A DNA stretch of 64,000 nucleotides from a virus (taxonomy: Duplodnaviria > Caudoviricetes), in IMG/VR virus record IMGVR_UViG_3300028593_000003. The stretch is one strand, 5' to 3'. Shown here piece after piece: positions 46,967 to 56,154 of this stretch. How positions within the stretch are numbered: the first letter of the stretch is position 1; the number at the start of each line of letters is the position of its first letter. The notes below the pieces were generated by a model. The model saw only the letters and a program-made list of their open reading frames with translations. It had not been told where the DNA came from and ran no database searches. A program made the translations under genes and the position numbers.

Positions 46967-48395
46967 ACACGACTTTCTGAACATCCAAATAAACACGGAA
47001 GATTACAAATATCTCCGAGAAGTGAGAGACTTCTTCTCAGCATATGTCGAAGGGTATCAATTTATGCCCTCCTTCACCCACGGTGGATGGGATGGAAGAG
47101 TTTCAATGTTGAACCTCTCCAACAAAACAATCCCCTATGGTCTATTGACAGACTTCATAAAGTTCCACAAAAAATATCATTCAGAGACAGAATTGAAAAT
47201 AGAACAAGATGTTCTCAATTTCTTCCGTGGGAAGAATGTTGATCCTGTATATGACTTGTCTCTCCAACCCCATTACTATCAGGATGATTGTATCAGGACT
47301 GCCCTCAAGTATAAACGGGGAATAATAAGGTCAGCCACAGCAAGTGGAAAGTCTCTTATCATATCCTACATAATCAAAACCCTGTTCGAAAACAACCTTT
47401 CAAAAAAGGTTCTCATCATTGTTCCCACAATTTCTCTGGTAGAGCAGTTTTATGGTGACCTCTTGGAATATGGTTATTTCAAAAAAGAAGTCTTGGGAAG
47501 GGTTTATGAGAAATGTAAGGAGTTTGACAGGAAGGTTGTCATTTCCACCTGGCAGACATTGAGCCGAAATCACAAATTACTTCCCCAATTCGATTGTCTG
47601 ATATGTGATGAAACACACGGAGCCAAGGCACACGAAATCAAGAAAATCCTCAGCAAATGCACACAAGCGGATTACCGCTGGGGATTTACTGGTACACTTC
47701 CCACACCAAAAATCGACATATGGAATGTCAAGTCATACCTTGGCCCGATATTGAGAGAGTATGGTGCTGGTCAGCTTGGGGATGAGGGATATATCAGCAA
47801 ATGTAATGTCAAGTTTGTTGGAATACATTACAAGGGGAACTATAAGGGAACCTATGAGGAAATCAAAGATGCCATTTTCAGAAATCATTTCAGGCTGAAT
47901 ACCATCAGGGATATCATCAAATCCGTGGACAAAAATATCCTCGTACTGGTTGCCAGAGTAGAAAAGGAGGGGATATTGCTGAAGCAGTATCTTGAAAAAA
48001 ACCCAGTTGACAGCAGGGAAATTGTATTTCTGTACGGAAAAACAAAGGTCGAGGACAGGGAATATTGGAGAAAGGAATGTGAAAGAAGAAACGATATCAT
48101 TCTGATCGCGACTTATGGTATATTCCAGATGGGTGTCAACATTCCATCATTGAAGTATGTCATTCTCGCCAGCCCGTTCAAAAGCAAAATCAGGGTTCTT
48201 CAATCAATTGGTAGAAGTTTGAGAAAACACGCGGATAAACTGGACGGGGCCTATGTATTCGATATTTTCGACAACTGTAAATATCTGAGAGACCACGGTA
48301 TAAAAAGAGAACGACATTATATATCTGAGGGGTTCAAGGTCGAAGATATCCCTCTTGAAGAAGGATCATCATTTTTTCCCACCGAAAACCAGTAG
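46950..48395 (+). CDS. uvsW: SF2 helicase UvsW-like
   Basis: ATASGKS, DETH, GFTGT, QSIGRSLR. Confidence 0.93.
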   Translation: MVTICKHDFLNIQINTEDYKYLREVRDFFSAYVEGYQFMPSFTHGGWDGRVSMLNLSNKTIPYGLLTDFIKFHKKYHSETELKIEQDVLNFFRGKNVDPVYDLSLQPHYYQDDCIRTALKYKRGIIRSATASGKSLIISYIIKTLFENNLSKKVLIIVPTISLVEQFYGDLLEYGYFKKEVLGRVYEKCKEFDRKVVISTWQTLSRNHKLLPQFDCLICDETHGAKAHEIKKILSKCTQADYRWGFTGTLPTPKIDIWNVKSYLGPILREYGAGQLGDEGYISKCNVKFVGIHYKGNYKGTYEEIKDAIFRNHFRLNTIRDIIKSVDKNILVLVARVEKEGILLKQYLEKNPVDSREIVFLYGKTKVEDREYWRKECERRNDIILIATYGIFQMGVNIPSLKYVILASPFKSKIRVLQSIGRSLRKHADKLDGAYVFDIFDNCKYLRDHGIKRERHYISEGFKVEDIPLEEGSSFFPTENQ

Positions 48396-49034
48396 ATGTG
48401 ATTTTCCCAAATTACTTTTCATCATCGAAGAAAAATAATCCTTGTATTTTTTTATGTATTTGTTGATATCCGGTTGATGCTTGTTTATATGATCTTTTTT
48501 TTCTGGTTTGCCGAGCAGAACATCTGACGGAAATGAAATAATCATTACACCCTCCTTATTCAATACGCTCACAAAATCATCTACCAATCTGAAAGCATTT
48601 TTTCCTTCAAGGTGTTCCAATGTTTCAATACAGAGAATTACATCCACCTTCGGCACTTTTGTTTTTATATCGTCCTGCTCAAGGTCGAGACAAAAAGTAT
48701 GACACCCAAAATCAAATAGCCTCTCAAGTTTGTCTTTGGCTATATCAACACAATAATAGTTCTTTGGATTGACCCCCTTTTGAAACAGGAAATAATCGGC
48801 AACATTATGACCATCACCGGAGGCACAATCAAGCCAGTTTCCCCCATTGAAATACTTATTCGGAACAAGAAAAGATAGATGAATTGCCTTGCTATCTTCC
48901 AGATTTGCCCTACTTCTTTTATTGAGGATGAGAGCCTCCATACATAATTTTTTTATCTCCTCATTATCCGTCAGGTCATATATCTTTTTTACCTTTTCTG
49001 ATATTGTTCCTCTCACATTGATTTTTTCTTTCAT
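48369..49034 (-). CDS. Class I SAM-methyltransferase
   Basis: WLDCASGDG, CIETLEHL. Confidence 0.8.
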   Translation of the reverse strand: MKEKINVRGTISEKVKKIYDLTDNEEIKKLCMEALILNKRSRANLEDSKAIHLSFLVPNKYFNGGNWLDCASGDGHNVADYFLFQKGVNPKNYYCVDIAKDKLERLFDFGCHTFCLDLEQDDIKTKVPKVDVILCIETLEHLEGKNAFRLVDDFVSVLNKEGVMIISFPSDVLLGKPEKKDHINKHQPDINKYIKKYKDYFSSMMKSNLGKSHLLVFGGKK

Positions 49035-49672
49035 TTCTCCCCACCAATATAATAAATGTTTTTGCGGAGCCTTCCGGCTTCTATTTTTCTGAAAAATCTT
49101 TCCATCAATTTTTCTAGCGATCCTTCATCAAAATACGATATATGCTCATATTTCATCCATCCATCTGTATCATAGTAAGATGGAACCTCAACATATATAA
49201 TACCCTCTTTTGACAATAATCGTTGCCATATATTCAAAACTTTACTTGGATATGGTAAATGTTCAAGACAATGAGATGCAATAATAGTGTCATACTGCTT
49301 TATCGGTAGTTTATCTATAAATTCCTCGGTAGTAATATCACCATTTATAATATTCCGTCCTGTGGCCATATTATCAACATTTACAAATTCCTTATATCTT
49401 ATTTCAGAGGCGTCCATCGCCTTCTGGAACCTCGCCATTCCACTACCAAGGTCGAGAATATTTTTATCCACAAAATATTTTTCAAAATGTTTGACAATCG
49501 AAAGATTATGTTTCGACGGGTTCAATAATATTTTACTTCTGATATTTCTGAAGAGGTCTTGGGTGTACCGATAATCGAATTGCATAAACCCGCAAGACCC
49601 ACACTTATATAAAACAAACTCACCAAGTTGTTCATATGGATTTATTATACTATGACACACTTCACAATTCAT
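49031..49672 (-). CDS. Class I SAM-methyltransferase with N-terminal Zn ribbon (sugar MTase-like)
   Basis: CEVC...CGSCG, ILDLGSG, SHCLEHL, YVEVP, EHISYF. Confidence 0.85.
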   Translation of the reverse strand: MNCEVCHSIINPYEQLGEFVLYKCGSCGFMQFDYRYTQDLFRNIRSKILLNPSKHNLSIVKHFEKYFVDKNILDLGSGMARFQKAMDASEIRYKEFVNVDNMATGRNIINGDITTEEFIDKLPIKQYDTIIASHCLEHLPYPSKVLNIWQRLLSKEGIIYVEVPSYYDTDGWMKYEHISYFDEGSLEKLMERFFRKIEAGRLRKNIYYIGGEK

Positions 49673-50406
49673 CTATTTTTCCTCAAAACGTGCCATCTAT
49701 AAAGCTCGTATTCATTTCCTCTGTAAAAAATATATCTTATCCTGTTTTCATAGCCACCAAGATGTAAATGTCTGTAGGCCGCCGCATGGGGATATATTTC
49801 CCTTATATCGGGACAACAATTACAATGGAACCCATTCTTTATCTGATATCTGTCAAACAATGTACCAAAATAGTCCATCAGGTCTGAATTACTGAAAAAC
49901 CATATGTCCTGAAGGTGTTTCAGTTTCAGAGAGTGATTGTTCTTTTCATATCTCACAGCATCGTGATAGCCCGGATAAGTATTGTAGTTTGAAGCCCAGA
50001 AATATTGAGGATCAAACTTGGAAAAATCCACGGGCTTCAACCACATCGTATCAAACCTACCAACCATCACCAAGTCATACTTGAAGTTGTTTTCCTGTTC
50101 GTATTGTTTCTTCAGCTCCAATGTTCTTTTACTACTGTACCACCTACTGAAACCGTTCTGCACTTTCAAACTCTTGGAGAACTTCCTCTGTTTTTCAAAA
50201 ACAAATTTCTTTGGTTGATATAATTCCACAAGTCTTTGTTGATATTTCGGCTCCCAACAATGGATGAAAACATCCACTCCCGATTTCCTCAAAATATATT
50301 TCCGATAGTGGTCATAACATCTTACATAGTCGATTGTCGAACCACCACCAAAAGAACCATCAGACCCACCAATAAGACCCATCAAACAAAGAGCATACTT
50401 GTTCAT
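49669..50406 (-). CDS. Glycosyltransferase-like protein (paralog 2)
   Basis: ALCLMG...DVFIHCW...SRWYS...YDLVMVGRFD...DIWFF. Confidence 0.6.
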   Translation of the reverse strand: MNKYALCLMGLIGGSDGSFGGGSTIDYVRCYDHYRKYILRKSGVDVFIHCWEPKYQQRLVELYQPKKFVFEKQRKFSKSLKVQNGFSRWYSSKRTLELKKQYEQENNFKYDLVMVGRFDTMWLKPVDFSKFDPQYFWASNYNTYPGYHDAVRYEKNNHSLKLKHLQDIWFFSNSDLMDYFGTLFDRYQIKNGFHCNCCPDIREIYPHAAAYRHLHLGGYENRIRYIFYRGNEYELYRWHVLRKNR

Positions 50407-51131
50407 TTGAAGCAATGTAAGACCCACCACCTATAAATTTCATAGTCTGACCATCGGTAAAAGGCATATCTCAATTTATCCTTGTATACAGGATGTAGAT
50501 GTATCCAATCCCATATAAGTTTATGAGGGTCATATTCTATATTCCCTATTTTGGGAATGTTGTCATATAATCCTCCGACATAATCAGCAATTTCTGTTCC
50601 CATCAAAAACCACATATCGAGAAGTCTGTGAGATTTTGGGGAGGTATTGCTCTTATCCGATGCTATCCTGTAATTGTTTTTCGGTCTTGGATAATCATTC
50701 CAATGAGAGGCGTAAAAATACTGGGGATCAAACTGGTCGAACTTCACGGGAACAAACCACATCAGATCAAACCTACCCAGCATTACCATATCATACTTGA
50801 AGTTGTTTTCCTGTTCGTATTGTTTCTTCAATTTCAGGGATTGCTGGGTACTGTACCATCTACTGAAAGAATTTTGTTTTTCCAGAGCCCAATCACCTCT
50901 GAAATTCCAATATTTTTGTCTCTCATAAATGGCTTTCTTGGGCCCATAAAGCTTGGCCAATGTTTTTTGATGCCTCAAAGACCAAGTATGAATAAACACA
51001 TCTATATTGTTATGGTCAAATATATTCTTCTTATAGTGTTGCCAGCATAATCTGAAATCGGCATCCCCGCCGGCACCATCCTTACCAGTACGACCACCTA
51101 CAATACCGAAAAGACATAGCGCAGATTTCAT
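50403..51131 (-). CDS. Glycosyltransferase-like protein (paralog 1)
   Basis: ALCLFG...DVFIHTW...SRWYS...YDMVMLGRFD...DMWF. Confidence 0.6.
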   Translation of the reverse strand: MKSALCLFGIVGGRTGKDGAGGDADFRLCWQHYKKNIFDHNNIDVFIHTWSLRHQKTLAKLYGPKKAIYERQKYWNFRGDWALEKQNSFSRWYSTQQSLKLKKQYEQENNFKYDMVMLGRFDLMWFVPVKFDQFDPQYFYASHWNDYPRPKNNYRIASDKSNTSPKSHRLLDMWFLMGTEIADYVGGLYDNIPKIGNIEYDPHKLIWDWIHLHPVYKDKLRYAFYRWSDYEIYRWWVLHCFK

Positions 51132-51478
51132 ATCTCTATATCCCCTATTCCCTTGTTTCTTTCTACACAAAAATGTCCCGCTGTTTTATCCAAAGAATCT
51201 TCCTTCATATCATTTATGATAATCCTTGGGCCCCGTGGTAACCCCATAATCAGATGGTCATAAAATAATCCAAATTTCTGTAATTGATCCTCGGTCAATT
51301 TTCTGGCGGATTCTTTCCTACCAGTTATCAATATTATTGTATATCCCCTTCTATCCCATTCCCTGAATTTCTCAAGAACACCTTCGAGCACTTCGGGCTT
51401 GATAATCATCTGTCCTGTCATTCCGTGACCGTGATGTTTCAAGATAGTACCATCTATGTCAATGAAAATTGTTTTCAT
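51128..51478 (-). CDS. HAD-family phosphatase (capsule-biosynthesis type)
   Basis: FIDIDGT, ITGR, IINDM. Confidence 0.85.
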   Translation of the reverse strand: MKTIFIDIDGTILKHHGHGMTGQMIIKPEVLEGVLEKFREWDRRGYTIILITGRKESARKLTEDQLQKFGLFYDHLIMGLPRGPRIIINDMKEDSLDKTAGHFCVERNKGIGDIEI

Positions 51479-52416
51479 ACTGTAAACCTATAAATCCTGT
51501 CAATATTTTTTATAATTTCTGATCGTACATCAACATCGAGGGAACGAATAATTTCTTCCACTTCATCATCTGTATAATAATAGTGCATTGTCGTTTCCAC
51601 TATCTTGTCCTCGCTCTTTGTCCAACGATCCCATTTGCCGCCACGATAACAAATTTCTTTTATTTTTTTTATGTCTCGATCTCTCCCAAGTTTTTTCAGT
51701 TCATTTATGTATATCCTGTTCTGGATATTTATCAGTTCCGGGCCTATATTACAGGCGTCCAAACCCATTTCAAATCTTTTCTTTATACCATCTCCAAGAA
51801 AGTCACAGTTATGTTCCTTGGAAAGCAGACCGTGTTTCTTACAGACATCAATCATTCTTCTGAAAACACCCTTGTCAAACCCGGCAATATTTGTACCATC
51901 AAATACTCTTGTCTTTCCCTGTATGACACCATATATAATTCTTCTTTCAAACAAATCTTCTCCAATCGTGTCTTTCAATTTTACAAGAAATTTATCAAAT
52001 GTCTCTGCATCATATTCTTTTACCTTCTGTTCTGTCCCGACTTCATAATAGCATTCAAACCTATCGGAGATCATCAACGCCGTCATATCCACTACATTAT
52101 CCATCTCGTATTCAAACCACGGATCAATATGAATAATGGAAAACCCGGCCTTCAAATCCTCCAAAAGGGTCTTGTATACTTGTTGGCCGTGGAGATGATC
52201 CCTGCATAACATTACATTCGGTAAGCGGTTCTTTACATAATTGGAAAAACCGGCTGTCCTGAAGTCGTTCACATATCCGGTATTGTAATCAATCTGATGC
52301 CGAGTTACCGTGAAACCAATATTCGCACCCGTGTTTTGAATATACTCAATAACACAGGAAATGATTTCGGGGCTCATTGGGTTTATATATAATTTTGGTA
52401 GGTTAGCTCTCTCCAC
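51475..52416 (-). CDS. TIM-barrel sugar-phosphate epimerase/aldolase-like (GatZ/KbaZ-like)
   Basis: QID...GY, CRDH, IHIDPW, EVGTE, KEHNCD, NIGPEL. Confidence 0.6.
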   Translation of the reverse strand: MERANLPKLYINPMSPEIISCVIEYIQNTGANIGFTVTRHQIDYNTGYVNDFRTAGFSNYVKNRLPNVMLCRDHLHGQQVYKTLLEDLKAGFSIIHIDPWFEYEMDNVVDMTALMISDRFECYYEVGTEQKVKEYDAETFDKFLVKLKDTIGEDLFERRIIYGVIQGKTRVFDGTNIAGFDKGVFRRMIDVCKKHGLLSKEHNCDFLGDGIKKRFEMGLDACNIGPELINIQNRIYINELKKLGRDRDIKKIKEICYRGGKWDRWTKSEDKIVETTMHYYYTDDEVEEIIRSLDVDVRSEIIKNIDRIYRFTV

Positions 52417-53957
52417 AGGCTATATCTCCCGAAGTAGTATAAAAAGATGTTGAGTGGGTAATTGTGAAGTGGTGACATATTGATCCATATAAGTGGTGTC
52501 AGGACATTTACCTTATCTTCCCTGAAACCGTTTTTCTTTATAAAGTCCAAAAGAATCCCCTGACATTTACAGAAAAGATTCTTCCGTAGAATATCACATT
52601 TTATATTGCTCGAACTCATTGAGATATCAAAAAACTTTCTTGATATAAGGTTGTGATCGAGAATAAGATTGTGGTTCATTTTTGCGAAGTCATAGTAGAT
52701 ATCACCATTCTCAAGATCACCACCAAAGTCCTGACGCCAATCTATAAGTGTAAACGAACCGTGATTATATATTATGTTTTCAAGAATAAAGTCTCCGTGA
52801 TACCCGTACATTTTGTTCGTACATAAAAGGGTATCTGGTATTGATCCAAGAAGTTTCTCAACACTCGGTACTTCACAATCATTTATCTGCTCTGTTTTAT
52901 CTCTCCTTCCCGTCTTTTGTGTAAAAAGTTGAAGTCGCTCTCTCGTTTTTTTATAGTAGAAATTTTTACTGACTTCATAGAAATCTCCACTTTCACCTTT
53001 ATATTTCCACAAATTTTCCTTGGCCCACCAGAGAAGGTTGGAAAAAATCTGCTCGTTCACCATTTTTGATAGGGTCTCACCTTGAACCATCCTATATTTG
53101 TAGAAGTTGTCCCTCCTGCTTATAATGTCTGGAACAAGACCCCTGAGCAGTTTACTCCTTTCGATTCTCTTATCAATAATGTTTTTATCGTGAAAGAATT
53201 TTACCACAAACTCATCGAATATGTGAATAGACTCATCTTCCTTTTCCAATATTCCTGATATTCCACCAAGATGTTCTCTCGCCAGGTTGAGGGTTTTGAT
53301 GTTTCCAATATCATACCACTCATTGAAAATGATAAGTTTGAACTCATTGTCCCTCATCAATTCCTGAGTAACGTGGACATCTGACAACTGGTTATTATCA
53401 GATTGCTGAAAATATATCTCATCCGCAATCCTCCAAAATTCCTCATAGTCTTTTATACCGGCGAGACCAATATAAACATAGTCGTAGGTTGCTTCACCCT
53501 TTTCCCCAAGATCAATTACATTTGAACCGAGTGCTTTTATCGTTCTGTAATCAGAGCTGTCACCCCTACAACTACCCCCAAGCCAATTGTGATTTGGTGG
53601 TGGAATCTGGTCATTTACAATCGTGTCACACGCATGGAATATGAAGGGACATTGAAGGTGATCACGGGCCTGTAACATCGAATAGACAAGGCTTGATCCT
53701 TGACCTTCATACTTGTCAATCTCAACGAATGTGATGTTTTTGTTGGGATATGAAATTGTCAGATAGTCCCTGACATGATTGGCGAAATATCCGATGGTCA
53801 CAACCAGTTCGACATTATCAGGATATTTCTCAACAATATGGGAGAGTGCTGCTCGATCCCCCAAGGGAACGAGAGATTTGTTTGTATATTTTGTGATGGA
53901 ACCAAGTCTTGAGCCTGTTCCACTTGTCGTTATAAGAACCTTATAATAACCTACCAT
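52383..53957 (-). CDS. Sugar nucleotidyltransferase fused to an APH/choline-kinase-like domain
   Basis: TSGTGSRLG...NKSL, WYDIG; C-terminal HGDFILENI, LIDWR, YYDFAK. Confidence 0.85.
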   Translation of the reverse strand: MVGYYKVLITTSGTGSRLGSITKYTNKSLVPLGDRAALSHIVEKYPDNVELVVTIGYFANHVRDYLTISYPNKNITFVEIDKYEGQGSSLVYSMLQARDHLQCPFIFHACDTIVNDQIPPPNHNWLGGSCRGDSSDYRTIKALGSNVIDLGEKGEATYDYVYIGLAGIKDYEEFWRIADEIYFQQSDNNQLSDVHVTQELMRDNEFKLIIFNEWYDIGNIKTLNLAREHLGGISGILEKEDESIHIFDEFVVKFFHDKNIIDKRIERSKLLRGLVPDIISRRDNFYKYRMVQGETLSKMVNEQIFSNLLWWAKENLWKYKGESGDFYEVSKNFYYKKTRERLQLFTQKTGRRDKTEQINDCEVPSVEKLLGSIPDTLLCTNKMYGYHGDFILENIIYNHGSFTLIDWRQDFGGDLENGDIYYDFAKMNHNLILDHNLISRKFFDISMSSSNIKCDILRKNLFCKCQGILLDFIKKNGFREDKVNVLTPLIWINMSPLHNYPLNIFLYYFGRYSLWRELTYQNYI

Positions 53958-54348
53958 AATTATCCGCTAACCTCACAACATCATCCAGCTCATTTGTAGA
54001 ACATTCAAGGTAAACAGCGGATGTTTTCCCTATCATACGGTGGATCATGCCGGGTTCAATAATTCTATAATCACCTGCTTTGAGTTCTTCCTTTCTATCT
54101 TCCAAAATAAGATCAACAATACCACTCAAAATAAGAATCGTTTCGTGCTTCTGTTCGTGGTACTGGACACTTGTCATACCACCCTTTTCAATTTCAAGAA
54201 TTTTTACAACATACCTATCGCTAATGAGAAGGACTTCTCTTCCCCAAGGCTTCTTTGTCTCTGCTTCCTCTCCTGTCAAATTTATCTTTATGGTGCCAGA
54301 GAATATGTCTTTTAGCAAACGAAAGAAGTTCATCATTTTTACCCTCAC
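53941..54348 (-). CDS. Cupin (mannose-6-phosphate-isomerase type II C-terminal-like)
   Basis: KPWG, SVQYHEQKHET, PGMIHR, DDVVRLADNYGR. Confidence 0.85.
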   Translation of the reverse strand: MRVKMMNFFRLLKDIFSGTIKINLTGEEAETKKPWGREVLLISDRYVVKILEIEKGGMTSVQYHEQKHETILILSGIVDLILEDRKEELKAGDYRIIEPGMIHRMIGKTSAVYLECSTNELDDVVRLADNYGRLL

Positions 54349-54520
54349 ACTTTTTTATCGTACCGTTATTTATCTTCAAATATTTCTTCTCCTGATCGTT
54401 ATAACAGGCAATAATAGACTCATTCTGAGAAATTTTTGCAATAAATATGCCCTGAAATTTCTCATCAGTTACCCATTCACCTTGAGAAAAACTACCCTCC
54501 AAAAAATTTTTGAACAGCAT
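54221..54520 (-). CDS. Hypothetical protein with CTS-like N-terminus
   Basis: MLFKNFLE; RBS GAGG; 3' overlap with the cupin gene makes the boundaries uncertain. Confidence 0.45.
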   Translation of the reverse strand: MLFKNFLEGSFSQGEWVTDEKFQGIFIAKISQNESIIACYNDQEKKYLKINNGTIKKCEGKNDELLSFAKRHILWHHKDKFDRRGSRDKEALGKRSPSH

Positions 54521-54526
54521 AATACC

Positions 54527-54862
54527 TCACTTTTTTTCTTTCCAGATATAAAAATATTGCGTATTTGTATGTTTTTCAAAATCTGAATCGAATTTCAGAT
54601 CGTTATTATCACAAAAATCTATAAGGTAGTTTGTCAATTCGTAAAAATCTTTATTGTAGAATATAAGAACTTGCGGGGGTTTCCAGACAATCTCAACTTC
54701 TCTTTCCTCTTCAGTATAGTCATCTGAAAACGATTTGAGTGTAATGACGGTGTTTCGGGGGCTCCTGACGATGGTTTTCAACATATTCTTATCCTGTGGA
54801 ACCAGTTTATCCGATGCTTCCACAATCACATCCTTATACAGGTATTCATCAAATTTTGCCAT
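54527..54862 (-). CDS. Hypothetical protein with CTS-like N-terminus
   Basis: MAKFDEYL. Confidence 0.6.
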   Translation of the reverse strand: MAKFDEYLYKDVIVEASDKLVPQDKNMLKTIVRSPRNTVITLKSFSDDYTEEEREVEIVWKPPQVLIFYNKDFYELTNYLIDFCDNNDLKFDSDFEKHTNTQYFYIWKEKK

Positions 54863-54863
54863 A

Positions 54864-55154
54864 TCAATCTGTCAACCTCTTTCCTGATTTTGTTTGTCTT
54901 ACAGCTTCCTTATAAATGTCTGCCAATCTTTTGAGTGGTTCCTTGACATCCAGAATATATCTTATTGCTCCTTTATAAAAATCTCTGCTAAACCTATCGT
55001 GTTCATCCGTATAATCCTTATATTGGAGCCTCTGGTAACTTCCGGAATATTCCTTTTCTTTCTTCTCAAGAAGGTCGAGAAGCTTTTCTGATAACTCTGC
55101 TATATCATTCTCTTCCCTATATGTCGCCTCTCTGATATAATCTTTCAGTTTCAT
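54864..55154 (-). CDS. Hypothetical protein with CTS-like N-terminus
   Basis: MKLKDYIRE. Confidence 0.6.
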   Translation of the reverse strand: MKLKDYIREATYREENDIAELSEKLLDLLEKKEKEYSGSYQRLQYKDYTDEHDRFSRDFYKGAIRYILDVKEPLKRLADIYKEAVRQTKSGKRLTD

Positions 55155-55156
55155 CT

Positions 55157-55594
55157 CTACCTCACTATCGCCTTTTCTGGAATATCTCCCCTGTGCCAGA
55201 TATTTCCTTCGGCTTGTCCTGTCAATCTCATATCCATCGGGTCAAGTTGAGCAAGGTCAACTTTCAACATACTCTTACCGTATGATATGGGGTCAGGTGA
55301 CAACCACACTACCTTATCAACCCTTCCACCAAAATCTGTATCCATTGCATCCTGTGACCCGTCAAGATTTCTGTTCTGATACGCCTTGATGCCTCTTTTT
55401 GTCTCTTGCCCTTTCGGTGGTCTGTGATAATAATACCTTTGCACGATATGTGGCCACCTTCCACGGGAGCTTCCGGCAATCATCGCCTGCTTATCAGGGT
55501 CAAAGTCTTTATACCATCCCTCAAACTTTTTCTGCCATTCCTTCTGTCTGGAACCTATCGGTCTACTTTCAACGAGGTAACCTTTCAATCTCAT
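55157..55594 (-). CDS. Putative ADP-ribosyltransferase-fold (KptA/Tpt1-like) protein with CTS-like N-terminus
   Basis: MRLKGYLVE; YYH...GIK...VWLS.DP...LKVDL..LD...E....GDIP..AI. Confidence 0.45.
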   Translation of the reverse strand: MRLKGYLVESRPIGSRQKEWQKKFEGWYKDFDPDKQAMIAGSSRGRWPHIVQRYYYHRPPKGQETKRGIKAYQNRNLDGSQDAMDTDFGGRVDKVVWLSPDPISYGKSMLKVDLAQLDPMDMRLTGQAEGNIWHRGDIPEKAIVR

Positions 55595-56154
55595 CAATCC
55601 ATATGCTCCATATTCGTATGTTTATAACCACTTGGTTTACCGTACATCACTATACCATAATGGTAGGATTTGTTTTCCTGATCAATATAAGCGTGCCATC
55701 TTGCATCAAGTTCATCATATGTCAAATATGTTCTCTTTGGTGAGGCGGGATCTTCAAAATAAATCCTCTTATCATCATATCCTATTGCCACAACCCAATG
55801 TGCCCAATCCCATTCTTCGTTCCAATCTACAGGATTATCAGGCCACGCCTGAACCATCATCATTACCGGAATACCACGATCAATATACGATTTCAATTCG
55901 TCTATCGACATATTTTCCTTTTCTTCCGGTGTCAATCCATACTTTTGGGATGCCCTGACTATATCAGCCGGTTCCGCACCTATATTGGGATCAACATTCA
56001 AATCCTTTATAATGTCAGACTCGCGATATTCCTTTCCATAATAAAAAAGAACTGATTGTAATACAGAGGCCCCACAATCGTAATCATAGGTCTGTCTCAA
56101 TTCCGGAAATTCCATCAGCTTTATATTGTTTACGAAGATTGAAAATCTACTCAC
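55594..56154 (-). CDS. C39-family cysteine peptidase
   Basis: RQTYDYDCGAS, HWVVAIGYD, FEDP. Confidence 0.88.
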   Translation of the reverse strand: MSRFSIFVNNIKLMEFPELRQTYDYDCGASVLQSVLFYYGKEYRESDIIKDLNVDPNIGAEPADIVRASQKYGLTPEEKENMSIDELKSYIDRGIPVMMMVQAWPDNPVDWNEEWDWAHWVVAIGYDDKRIYFEDPASPKRTYLTYDELDARWHAYIDQENKSYHYGIVMYGKPSGYKHTNMEHMD

